A model generated the notes under the pieces. It did no database searches and was not told the DNA's origin. It saw only the letters and a program-made list of their open reading frames with translations. This document shows, in pieces, positions 1-5,358 of a DNA stretch of 37,156 nt. The first letter of the stretch is position 1, and each line of letters starts with the position of its first letter. The stretch is taken from positions 1-37,156 of IMG/VR virus record IMGVR_UViG_3300048913_000063. The stretch is one strand, 5' to 3'. This DNA is from a virus. The position numbers and the translations under genes are program-made.

Positions 1-127
1 TTTGTCTACTGCTGCTAGGTCGTTCTCGATATGTTCGTCTTCAAACAAACCGAGAGGCGATTTAGTTGTATCGCTACCGCTGTTTTGCGTAGCGAAGATA
101 TATGATTCATTGATGCGAAGAGTGCGC
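1..127. repeat. Terminal direct repeat, copy 1 (identical to 37030-37156); overlap of a circularly assembled genome
   Basis: By-eye comparison: the first 127 nt (tttgtctactgctgctagg...gatgcgaagagtgcgc) recur exactly as the last 127 nt. A single ORF reads through the junction. Confidence 0.95.
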
Positions 128-621
128 AGGACAATCGTTACAAGGCCCTCCAAGACGATCTTATCGTCTAGAAGCTTGCCAATAGTCTTGATCTTCGTTC
201 GGCCAGCCTCGCTCGTTTCTGTGTGGCTCAGAATGTACACGCGCTTGTTCTCAGGAAGAGATGATGCGCACATAAAGACGTCCCAAGCTTTACGGGCGAT
301 TTCGTTGTATTTGGCGAATGCTTGATTGCCAACTTCGTTATCCAGAACACGCCGAAGAAACTCGTTGGCCATCACGTACTGAAAGTCATCAACCACGATG
401 ATGGATCGCATGGTCTTTTTCATGGCCGAGACAATCTTTGCGCTGTCGTCAGTGACAAGAATATTGCCGCCTTCAGACGAAACAGGCTTCCAATTTGGAG
501 AACGAAAAGGGAGAGGTTTTTTTACTGCCTGGATCAGCAGAGTGTCAGCTGGATAGAGATTGCGGAGAGAGGTGGATTTGCCGGTGCCCGACTCGCCCAT
601 AATGAGGGTTGCTATGCTCAT
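1..621 (-). CDS. Sak4/AAA_24-like core RecA-fold ATPase (putative single-strand annealing/recombination protein). This is the N-terminal 207 codons; the ORF continues at 37029..36985.
   Basis: Absent from the ORF track because it runs off the left edge. Minus-strand ATG at 621-619 follows AAGGAAAACC. Translation MSIATLIMGESGTGKSTSLRNL... has a Walker A (GESGTGKS), a Walker B-like IIVVDD and ...KSPLGLFEDE near the end. Joined across the circle it is 666 nt (221 aa) with TAA at 36987-36985. The + ORFs 2..325 and 322..639 are antisense shadows. Confidence 0.8.
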   Translation of the reverse strand, partial: MSIATLIMGESGTGKSTSLRNLYPADTLLIQAVKKPLPFRSPNWKPVSSEGGNILVTDDSAKIVSAMKKTMRSIIVVDDFQYVMANEFLRRVLDNEVGNQAFAKYNEIARKAWDVFMCASSLPENKRVYILSHTETSEAGRTKIKTIGKLLDDKIVLEGLVTIVLRTLRINESYIFATQNSGSDTTKSPLGLFEDEHIENDLAAVDK

Positions 622-668
622 GGTTTTCCTTGGTTGTGATAATGGTTTGCTTGGTTTGAACTGCTATA

Positions 669-830
669 TTAGAACGGGATCACGCCCGATTCAATGTCTT
701 TCCTCTGCTGTTCCTCCTGTTCTTTAGTAAGTATTGGCTTCCATGTGTTCGGAGACATTGGAGAGCGCTTCTCGCTGAATGTCTGCACTAAACCTCTCTT
801 GAGAGCCTGTTCGTAGGTCATGATCTGCAT
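669..830 (-). CDS. Hypothetical 53-aa protein ending ...DIESGVIPF
   Basis: Below the track size cut-off. ATG 830-828 shares its A with the TGA of the upstream gene (TGATG coupling). Translation: MQIMTYEQALKRGLVQTFSEKRSPMSPNTWKPILTKEQEEQQRKDIESGVIPF. It lies 48 nt upstream of the ATPase start. Confidence 0.55.
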   Translation of the reverse strand: MQIMTYEQALKRGLVQTFSEKRSPMSPNTWKPILTKEQEEQQRKDIESGVIPF

Positions 831-1063
831 CATTTCTCTATCCCGGGGATGTCGCTCGATATGAAGTGAATGCTACTGAAAGTCGGCACTCCTTCTTCGC
901 TAATGAGTTGTTTGCGCAAGCAAGTAGTTTGTTCCTCAGTCCAAGGCTTAAATCCAGGAGCATAAGCAATCGCTGCATCCAGCACCTTAATCCACTGGCT
1001 GCGAGATATGATGATCCCGTTAGCCAGGTCTTTCTTTACTTGTTTCAGTTGATCAAGCGTCAT
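830..1063 (-). CDS. Hypothetical 77-aa early protein
   Basis: Track ORF 830..1165, trimmed to the internal ATG (MTLDQLKQVKKD...). That ATG follows GGAGGC and overlaps the upstream stop (ATGACGCTTGA). Confidence 0.6.
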   Translation of the reverse strand: MTLDQLKQVKKDLANGIIISRSQWIKVLDAAIAYAPGFKPWTEEQTTCLRKQLISEEGVPTFSSIHFISSDIPGIEK

Positions 1064-1289
1064 TGAAGCCTCCAGTGTTTCGTGCCATGTTATTTTGCAT
1101 GGCGTTGTAATAATCCGACATGGCCTGATTGAACTCTTTTTGTGCCTGCCGATAGTTAATATCAAGCATGACCCGCTTTTCAGTCGTCAGCCCAAAAGTG
1201 TTAGCCATACCAAGCGCTTCATATCTTTGACGCGTTTGATCTACAACCTTCTCAAGTTCTTCCAAGCTTTTATCCATTGTTTCCTCCAT
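1053..1289 (-). CDS. Hypothetical 78-aa helical early protein
   Basis: Track ORF. Coiled-coil-like sequence (MEETMDKSLEELEKVVDQTRQRYEAL...). Translationally coupled to the next gene. Confidence 0.6.
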   Translation of the reverse strand: MEETMDKSLEELEKVVDQTRQRYEALGMANTFGLTTEKRVMLDINYRQAQKEFNQAMSDYYNAMQNNMARNTGGFNDA

Positions 1290-1569
1290 AAGTTCCCCAA
1301 GGGTGAATAGCCCGTAGTTTCCTACGTAGTCTTATTCGCCTTTGATCCAGATTCCCAATATTCCAGCAATCCCAATCCAACCTGAGTCCTACAGTGCTCC
1401 CAGTCTCAGTTGTCTTCACCATGTCCGAGAAAGGTTCCGCTGGTCGCTGTAGCTACGCCAGCTCGGCTGTACGGGGTGAAACGCAAGCCTGTGTTTCTGT
1501 GGTTTAGCCCCATACAGGGCTGTCCTAGGTAACGCTTCCTTCCACTCGCGAATGGTGTGGGCCAGAATG

Positions 1570-1707
1570 CAAAAAGCCGTCAAAAGACTGGATTCTGGTG
1601 GGGCAAGATAAGATCGGACGGTGAACAATCTTTATCTACAGAACCCAAGCTTTTGACGGCTTGAATATGCTACATCGTCTGTACTTACTACCTGGCCCCA
1701 CGCCATT
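1570..1707 (-). ncRNA. Candidate ~138-nt phage RNA (sRNA or terminated leader): a ~45-nt 5' segment, an 89-nt three-tier hairpin and a U5 tract
   Basis: Predicted from the promoter at 1743-1715 and these hairpin tiers: 1574-1586/1650-1662 (13 bp, perfect); 1589-1597/1639-1647 (9 bp; one pair is G.U on minus-strand RNA but A.C on plus); 1606-1614/1628-1637 (9 bp, one bulge). The loop is 1615-1627. The U-run corresponds to plus-strand A 1571-1575. No credible ORF on either strand. Confidence 0.5.
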
Positions 1708-1714
1708 GCAAGCG

Positions 1715-1743
1715 ATTCTAAACAACTACTTTCTATGAGTCAA
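1715..1743 (-). promoter_or_regulatory. Sigma70-like promoter TTGACT-N17-TAGAAT
   Basis: On the minus strand: -35 TTGACT (1743-1738), a 17-nt spacer, -10 TAGAAT (1720-1715). It starts 9 nt after the stop of the Ser-rich gene. Confidence 0.55.
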
Positions 1744-1751
1744 TAACAAAT

Positions 1752-2231
1752 TTAGTCGAATGAAGAAGATGACGACGAACTAGAACTATCATAACTGCAG
1801 CTATCTGAACTACTGCTATAGGAGCTACTACTATCGCTGCTGGAACTCCAAGAACTGCTACTGGTGTCCCGCGACGAACAATCATCCGAACTATAAGAAC
1901 TGGAAGACGAACTACTAGACCAGATACTAAGCGGGCTGATTGGGTTCAATGGGCTGAAAGGATTCAGCGGGTTCATCAAGTCCATTCCAGTCTGCTCCTG
2001 GCGTACCTGTCGGTCATAATCCGATTGCTGGCTAGATAGATAGCGGCCACGGATCTGATCGTTTCCGAAGAAAGATTGCGTTTGAGACTTTTTCAATTGC
2101 TCCATGATAGCAATATGCTGCTCATATTCTTTCTGCTGTTGAGCGTTACGCTCTGCCTTCCTTCGCTCAGCTTCCTCACGCTTCTTGCGCTTGATATTGA
2201 ACGGCCAAAAATTGAACATTTCACTCTCCAT
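1752..2231 (-). CDS. Hypothetical 159-aa protein with a basic/helical N-half, PLNPxSPL repeats and an extremely Ser-rich acidic C-terminal tail
   Basis: Track ORF, coupled to the upstream gene by TAATG. About 39 of the last 55 residues are Ser (SSSSSSSSYSSDDCSSRDTSSSSWSSSSDSSSSYSSSSDSCSYDSSSSSSSSSFD). These use a mixture of AGT/AGC/TCN codons. Confidence 0.65.
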   Translation of the reverse strand: MESEMFNFWPFNIKRKKREEAERRKAERNAQQQKEYEQHIAIMEQLKKSQTQSFFGNDQIRGRYLSSQQSDYDRQVRQEQTGMDLMNPLNPFSPLNPISPLSIWSSSSSSSSYSSDDCSSRDTSSSSWSSSSDSSSSYSSSSDSCSYDSSSSSSSSSFD

Positions 2232-2455
2232 TATCGCTGTAAAAAATCAACAAACTCGGCCAAAATAGCCATCAAAGCCGATGCCGCAAACAACAGTCCA
2301 AACACGAATACAGCCACTTCCCCGCCTCCACGGTTAATCTCGTCAGATAACGACTTGCAACCTTGCTCCTGCCAGTCCCCGCACATTTCATGCTCATCTG
2401 CTTCCTGGCGAGGACGGCGAATCTCTGCTAACTGCTGGCGGAATCGTTCGAACAT
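2231..2455 (-). CDS. Hypothetical 74-aa protein with a C-terminal transmembrane anchor
   Basis: Track ORF with RBS AGGAGCC 5 nt upstream. The C-terminus VAVFVFGLLFAASALMAILAEFV is a plausible single TM helix. Confidence 0.6.
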   Translation of the reverse strand: MFERFRQQLAEIRRPRQEADEHEMCGDWQEQGCKSLSDEINRGGGEVAVFVFGLLFAASALMAILAEFVDFLQR

Positions 2456-2475
2456 TTCAGGCTCCTATTATTGAT

Positions 2476-2491
2476 GCGCCCCGAAGGGCGC
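2476..2491 (-). promoter_or_regulatory. GC-rich tetraloop hairpin between two early genes (RNA stabiliser or processing site?)
   Basis: GCGCCC-CGAA-GGGCGC on plus, giving a UUCG loop on the minus-strand RNA. There is no U-tract, so it is not a classical terminator. Confidence 0.4.
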
Positions 2492-2498
2492 GGAGTCG

Positions 2499-2663
2499 TT
2501 ATTCAGAAGGATATGACATAGATGGCAGTTCGCTTTTATTACTATTGCACCAAGCTACGAACTGATCTTTGATGTAGACGGATGGGAAGCGAATCATTTC
2601 ACCATCAAACCAACCGCCAAGTTCTTTAACTTTTGCCCGCAACGCTTTTTCTTTGGCATCCAT
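2499..2663 (-). CDS. Hypothetical 54-aa first gene of the leftward operon
   Basis: Track ORF 2499..2843, trimmed to the ATG downstream of the predicted leftward transcription start sites (MDAKEKALRAKVKELGGWFDG...). It is preceded by AAGGGCGGGAA. An ATG at 2678 is an alternative start. Confidence 0.45.
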   Translation of the reverse strand: MDAKEKALRAKVKELGGWFDGEMIRFPSVYIKDQFVAWCNSNKSELPSMSYPSE

Positions 2664-2714
2664 TTCCCGCCCTTTCATTCCCGCCGCGCCCCATGCGCTG
2701 CATCCATGCATAGA

Positions 2715-2756
2715 ACTATAGCGCACAACAATACGTTCCGCAAGAACTATTTGCAA
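2715..2756 (-). promoter_or_regulatory. Two overlapping leftward sigma70-like promoters
   Basis: Minus strand: TTGCAA (2756-2751)-N17-TATTGT (2733-2728), and TTGCGG (2743-2738)-N17-TATAGT (2720-2715). Confidence 0.5.
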
Positions 2757-2778
2757 CGCCCCGGAAGAACGAAATATG

Positions 2779-2807
2779 TTGCGATCGCGAACAATATGGC
2801 ATATGAT
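2779..2807 (+). promoter_or_regulatory. Rightward early promoter TTGCGA-N17-TATGAT
   Basis: -35 at 2779-2784, a 17-nt spacer containing the palindrome GCGATCGC, -10 at 2802-2807. GGAG lies at 2828-2831 and GTG at 2837. Confidence 0.55.
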
Positions 2808-2836
2808 GAAGCCATCAACAAATAACTGGAGATATT

Positions 2837-3073
2837 GTGACACGAACTAAAGGCCCAAAGAAACCGCATGCTTTGTTAGATGCGCTTCTTTCAGAGAATC
2901 GTCTACGTAACGATTCCCATCTGGCAGACGAAATAGGCTATACCAAAGGCCGTATCTGCGAATATAGAAATGGAACACCAATGAGTGCAGAATTCATCTT
3001 GACGATCATGCGCAAATTTGGATGGTCGCTGAAGAAAATCGATTCATTACTAGCCGAATCAAAGGAGAAATAG
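2837..3073 (+). CDS. Cro/XRE-type helix-turn-helix regulator (78 aa, GTG start)
   Basis: Track ORF. ...NDSHLADEIGYTKGRICEYRNGTPMSAEFILTIMRKFG fits the XRE HTH pattern. It is the first gene of the rightward operon, divergent from the leftward promoters. Confidence 0.65.
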   Translation: MTRTKGPKKPHALLDALLSENRLRNDSHLADEIGYTKGRICEYRNGTPMSAEFILTIMRKFGWSLKKIDSLLAESKEK

Positions 3074-3075
3074 CC

Positions 3076-3249
3076 ATGCTTACCTATGACGGAATCAAAC
3101 GTGCAAACAACCAAGAGCGTGCAGTATTGACCGAGGAACAGTCGCGTAAAGCTGTTCTCCTGGCGCTCTACGAGAAAATGGACGAGAGGGGCCGCAAGAC
3201 TGCTATTGCGATGATGGCAGCAATGGCAAAGATGGCGGAGGTACGGTGA
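3076..3249 (+). CDS. Hypothetical 57-aa protein
   Basis: Internal ATG of track ORF 3022..3249, preceded by AAGGAGAAA (MLTYDGIKRANNQERAVL...). Confidence 0.55.
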   Translation: MLTYDGIKRANNQERAVLTEEQSRKAVLLALYEKMDERGRKTAIAMMAAMAKMAEVR

Positions 3250-3602
3250 TGACTGATCATGAATTGCTTGAGTTGGCTGCGAAAGCTGCCGGAATTGGAC
3301 GAACCGCATGGGATTATGAACATACACGCAGTCTCGGCTTCATGGTAACGAAGAAATCTATGTGGAATCCTCTGGAAGATGATGGCGAAGCGCTGCGACT
3401 GGCGGTGAAGCTTCGCCTTAGCATCAGCACCCCAACAATGGGCGTGCGCTATGGCGAACGTGCATTCGTTGAGTCACAGGACCGGTCGCGAGGCGTATAT
3501 GCGAACTGCGGTGATGACGCTCTGGATAAGACCGACCCGCTTGCTGCTACGCGCCGCGCCATCGTTCGTGCTGCAGCTGCCATCGGAGAATCAATGCCAT
3601 GA
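3246..3602 (+). CDS. Conserved phage protein (DUF2591-like pattern)
   Basis: Track ORF. The ATG at 3249 overlaps the upstream TGA. ...WNPLEDDGEALRLAVKL...DPLAATRRAIVRAAAAIG resembles a family common in lambdoid early regions. Confidence 0.55.
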   Translation: MMTDHELLELAAKAAGIGRTAWDYEHTRSLGFMVTKKSMWNPLEDDGEALRLAVKLRLSISTPTMGVRYGERAFVESQDRSRGVYANCGDDALDKTDPLAATRRAIVRAAAAIGESMP

Positions 3603-4045
3603 CCGTCCCCAAGCGCATATTCTTCCTCCGTGAAGAGCGTAACCGCGATACCTTGCTAGGGCTTATCAGGAATTTGCCGCTGGATCAGGATAAGCCTATG
3701 CAGGTAACTGTCGAGCCTTATAAGCGGCCACGTAAGCTTGACCAAAATGCCCTTTACCACGCGGGGCCGCTGAAAGATATCGCAGAACAACTATTCATTG
3801 AAGGTCGCCAATACAGTGCAGAAGTCCTGCATCGATACCTGAAAGAGCAATTCCTCCCCGAAGAATATATTGAGGATGAATGTCTGGCAGGTTATCGGAA
3901 GTGGGATTACGACCCATCAGGTAATCGTGTTCTGGTCGGCAGTACAACACAATTGACGGTTCGCGGATTCAGTATATTTCTTGAGCAGGTACATGCATTC
4001 GGGGCAAACATGGGCGTTGAATTTCACACACGCGAGGAACGATGA
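3599..4045 (+). CDS. ninB: NinB/Orf-like recombination mediator
   Basis: 148 aa. ...QVTVEPYKRPRKLDQNALYH...DIAEQ... and ...STTQLTVRGFSIFLEQVHAFGANMGVEF parallel lambda NinB (VVTIQERNRSLDQN...; STSRMRVGEFAELLELIQAFGTERGVKW). Sits next to ninG. Confidence 0.7.
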   Translation: MTVPKRIFFLREERNRDTLLGLIRNLPLDQDKPMQVTVEPYKRPRKLDQNALYHAGPLKDIAEQLFIEGRQYSAEVLHRYLKEQFLPEEYIEDECLAGYRKWDYDPSGNRVLVGSTTQLTVRGFSIFLEQVHAFGANMGVEFHTREER

Positions 4046-4638
4046 GGCCAGGAGAATTCAAGAAAATGATGCCGACAGAGCCGAAAGTAAGAACGCGGAA
4101 ATGCATCATCAAAACCTGTCGTAAGCAATTTCCGCAACGCAGCATGTCTCACAAAGCCTGTTCGCCTGAATGCGCTGCTGAATATGCGAAGCTGGAACGT
4201 GAGAAGAAAGACCGCCAGGACCGCCAGAAAGGGCTACAGGCGCTTAAAACGAAGCGGGACTATATCAAGGAGGCACAAATTGCATTCAACGCCTACGTTC
4301 GATTGCGTGATTCCAATCAAACGTGTATCTCGTGCGGAGCTTCTTTTAATGATGGCGTACTCGGAGGGGGAATGGACTGCGGTCATTGGCGCTCCGTCGG
4401 CTCCGCCCCTCACTTACGCTTTCATGAGGACAATGCTCATGGACAATGCAAGAAGTGTAATCGGTACGATTCAGGCCGCGCCGTGGATTATCGAATCGGT
4501 CTTATCGCCAGAATTGGCTTACCCCGTGTCGAGCTTCTTGAGTCTGATAATGCAATCAGGAAGTGGACGATTCAAGAGCTATGTGCAATCCGTGACGAAT
4601 ACCGACTAAAACTGAAGAAACTGAAGGAGGGAAAATGA
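4042..4638 (+). CDS. ninG: NinG-like protein
   Basis: 198 aa. The Cys motifs and the CISCG...GH...LRF...N...QC..CN...SG...YR..L..RIG...WTI.E...I..EY..KLK pattern match lambda NinG along the whole length. Confidence 0.85.
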   Translation: MRPGEFKKMMPTEPKVRTRKCIIKTCRKQFPQRSMSHKACSPECAAEYAKLEREKKDRQDRQKGLQALKTKRDYIKEAQIAFNAYVRLRDSNQTCISCGASFNDGVLGGGMDCGHWRSVGSAPHLRFHEDNAHGQCKKCNRYDSGRAVDYRIGLIARIGLPRVELLESDNAIRKWTIQELCAIRDEYRLKLKKLKEGK

Positions 4639-4893
4639 ATGAAGTGTCCCGACTGTAGCGCCAGACTGAGTTGCACCGACTCTCGCACCAAAGAAGACAT
4701 TGTCTCCAGGCGGTATGTTTGCAAGGCTTGCGACAATCCGCATTACACAGTAGAAATATTCCGAGACAAAGTGCTATCTGGCCCGAACGGTGGATCGGAT
4801 AAGTTCAAGATGAAGTCTCAGCTTCGCAAGGCCGCTCTCGATGATCTTAAGCGCAGGATCATCGCAGAAATCGAGAAGATGGAAGATCTTTAG
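4639..4893 (+). CDS. Zinc-ribbon protein with an NrdR-like N-terminal ribbon and no ATP-cone
   Basis: MKCPDCSARLSCTDSRTKEDIVSRRYVCKACDNPHYTVE follows the CxxC...DSR...RR..C..C...T.E pattern of the NrdR zinc ribbon. Last gene before the 4902-4947 hairpin. Confidence 0.55.
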   Translation: MKCPDCSARLSCTDSRTKEDIVSRRYVCKACDNPHYTVEIFRDKVLSGPNGGSDKFKMKSQLRKAALDDLKRRIIAEIEKMEDL

Positions 4894-4901
4894 CGCATCT
4901 G

Positions 4902-4947
4902 TTGAACTGTTGCAATCGTTGCCGAGCATCAAATTGCAACAGTTCAA
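4902..4947 (+). terminator. Perfect 15-bp inverted repeat (terminator-like hairpin or operator)
   Basis: TTGAACTGTTGCAAT (4902-4916), a 16-nt spacer, ATTGCAACAGTTCAA (4933-4947). It starts 9 nt after the stop at 4893 and is followed only by TTAT. Each arm contains TTGCAA. Confidence 0.5.
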
Positions 4948-4968
4948 TTATGAAAGCTGCAAAGGTTC

Positions 4969-4997
4969 TTGCTTGAAACTACTTGCAATGAGATAAT
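4969..4997 (+). promoter_or_regulatory. Sigma70-like promoter TTGCTT-N17-GATAAT for the replication module
   Basis: -35 at 4969-4974, 17-nt spacer, -10 at 4992-4997. Confidence 0.45.
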
Positions 4998-5082
4998 TGA
5001 TTGTCGGCGCGCAATGCGCTGATGTCCTGAGCACTGTCGAAATCCTGGAAAAAGAGTAGACAGATTATTGCAAACCGAAGGG

Positions 5083-5164
5083 GCGCACGGAGAACGGGTG
5101 AGTATGTCGCTAGACTACTTCCCCGACCTTCGGCGGGGTCTTTCCAGACCCGTTCCCCATGCGC
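5083..5164. promoter_or_regulatory. Long-range 17-bp helix enclosing a GC hairpin with a T-rich tail, in the leader of the replication operon
   Basis: 5083-5099 pairs with 5148-5164. Two positions are A.C/C.A on plus-strand RNA but G.U on minus-strand RNA. The inner hairpin CCCCG...CGGGG (5121-5138) is followed by TCTTTCC. Confidence 0.4.
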
Positions 5165-5184
5165 TGGAAGAAAGGTCCAAAAAA

Positions 5185-5358
5185 ATGACCCCACGCTTTA
5201 TCGTAGTTGGTCCAATCAGTGGCTTCTATCACATAGCCTATAAAATCCCCGGTACTTCCCTTTATAGTTCTTTGCTTCAGTTCTCCAGCCAAGCTTCGGC
5301 AGAAGACTGCGCCAGTGACATGAATGGCACTTCCGATGATATTTCGGAGGAGAAGTAA
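5185..5358 (+). CDS. Hypothetical 57-aa protein
   Basis: Internal ATG of track ORF 5068..5358 after GAAGAAAGG (MTPRFIVVGPISGFYHIAYK...). Its stop overlaps the next start (TAATG). Confidence 0.45.
   Translation: MTPRFIVVGPISGFYHIAYKIPGTSLYSSLLQFSSQASAEDCASDMNGTSDDISEEK

Noticed and set aside
1-127. The terminal repeat as a genuine phage direct terminal repeat or a mobile-element LTR
   Set aside because: Its length is exactly 127 nt, a typical assembler k-mer size. It falls in the middle of a coding sequence that is restored by circularisation. A true DTR cannot be excluded without read data.
2-639. Plus-strand ORFs 2..325 (107 aa) and 322..639 (105 aa) from the track
   Set aside because: They lie exactly antisense to a much better minus-strand ORF. 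That ORF has a Walker A/B ATPase signature, a ribosome-binding site and continuity across the circular junction. Their own sequences are low-information with no RBS.
1416-1628. Track ORF of 70 aa (minus strand) inside the coding desert
   Set aside because: It has no RBS and a compositionally implausible sequence. It is built largely from the arms of the RNA hairpins, so the region is better explained as structured non-coding RNA.
1755-1922. The poly-Ser tract as a sequencing or assembly artefact, or a simple trinucleotide slippage repeat
   Set aside because: The tract uses six different Ser codons interspersed with Asp, Tyr, Cys and Trp codons. It stays in frame with a well-formed N-terminal domain that is translationally coupled to the upstream gene. 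It therefore looks like genuine coding sequence.
4184-4609. A 141-aa ORF in an alternative plus-strand frame inside ninG (possible overprinting or frameshift product)
   Set aside because: The NinG frame is supported end to end by homology. The alternative frame has no RBS or slippery site, and its Arg/Ser-rich composition looks like a by-product.
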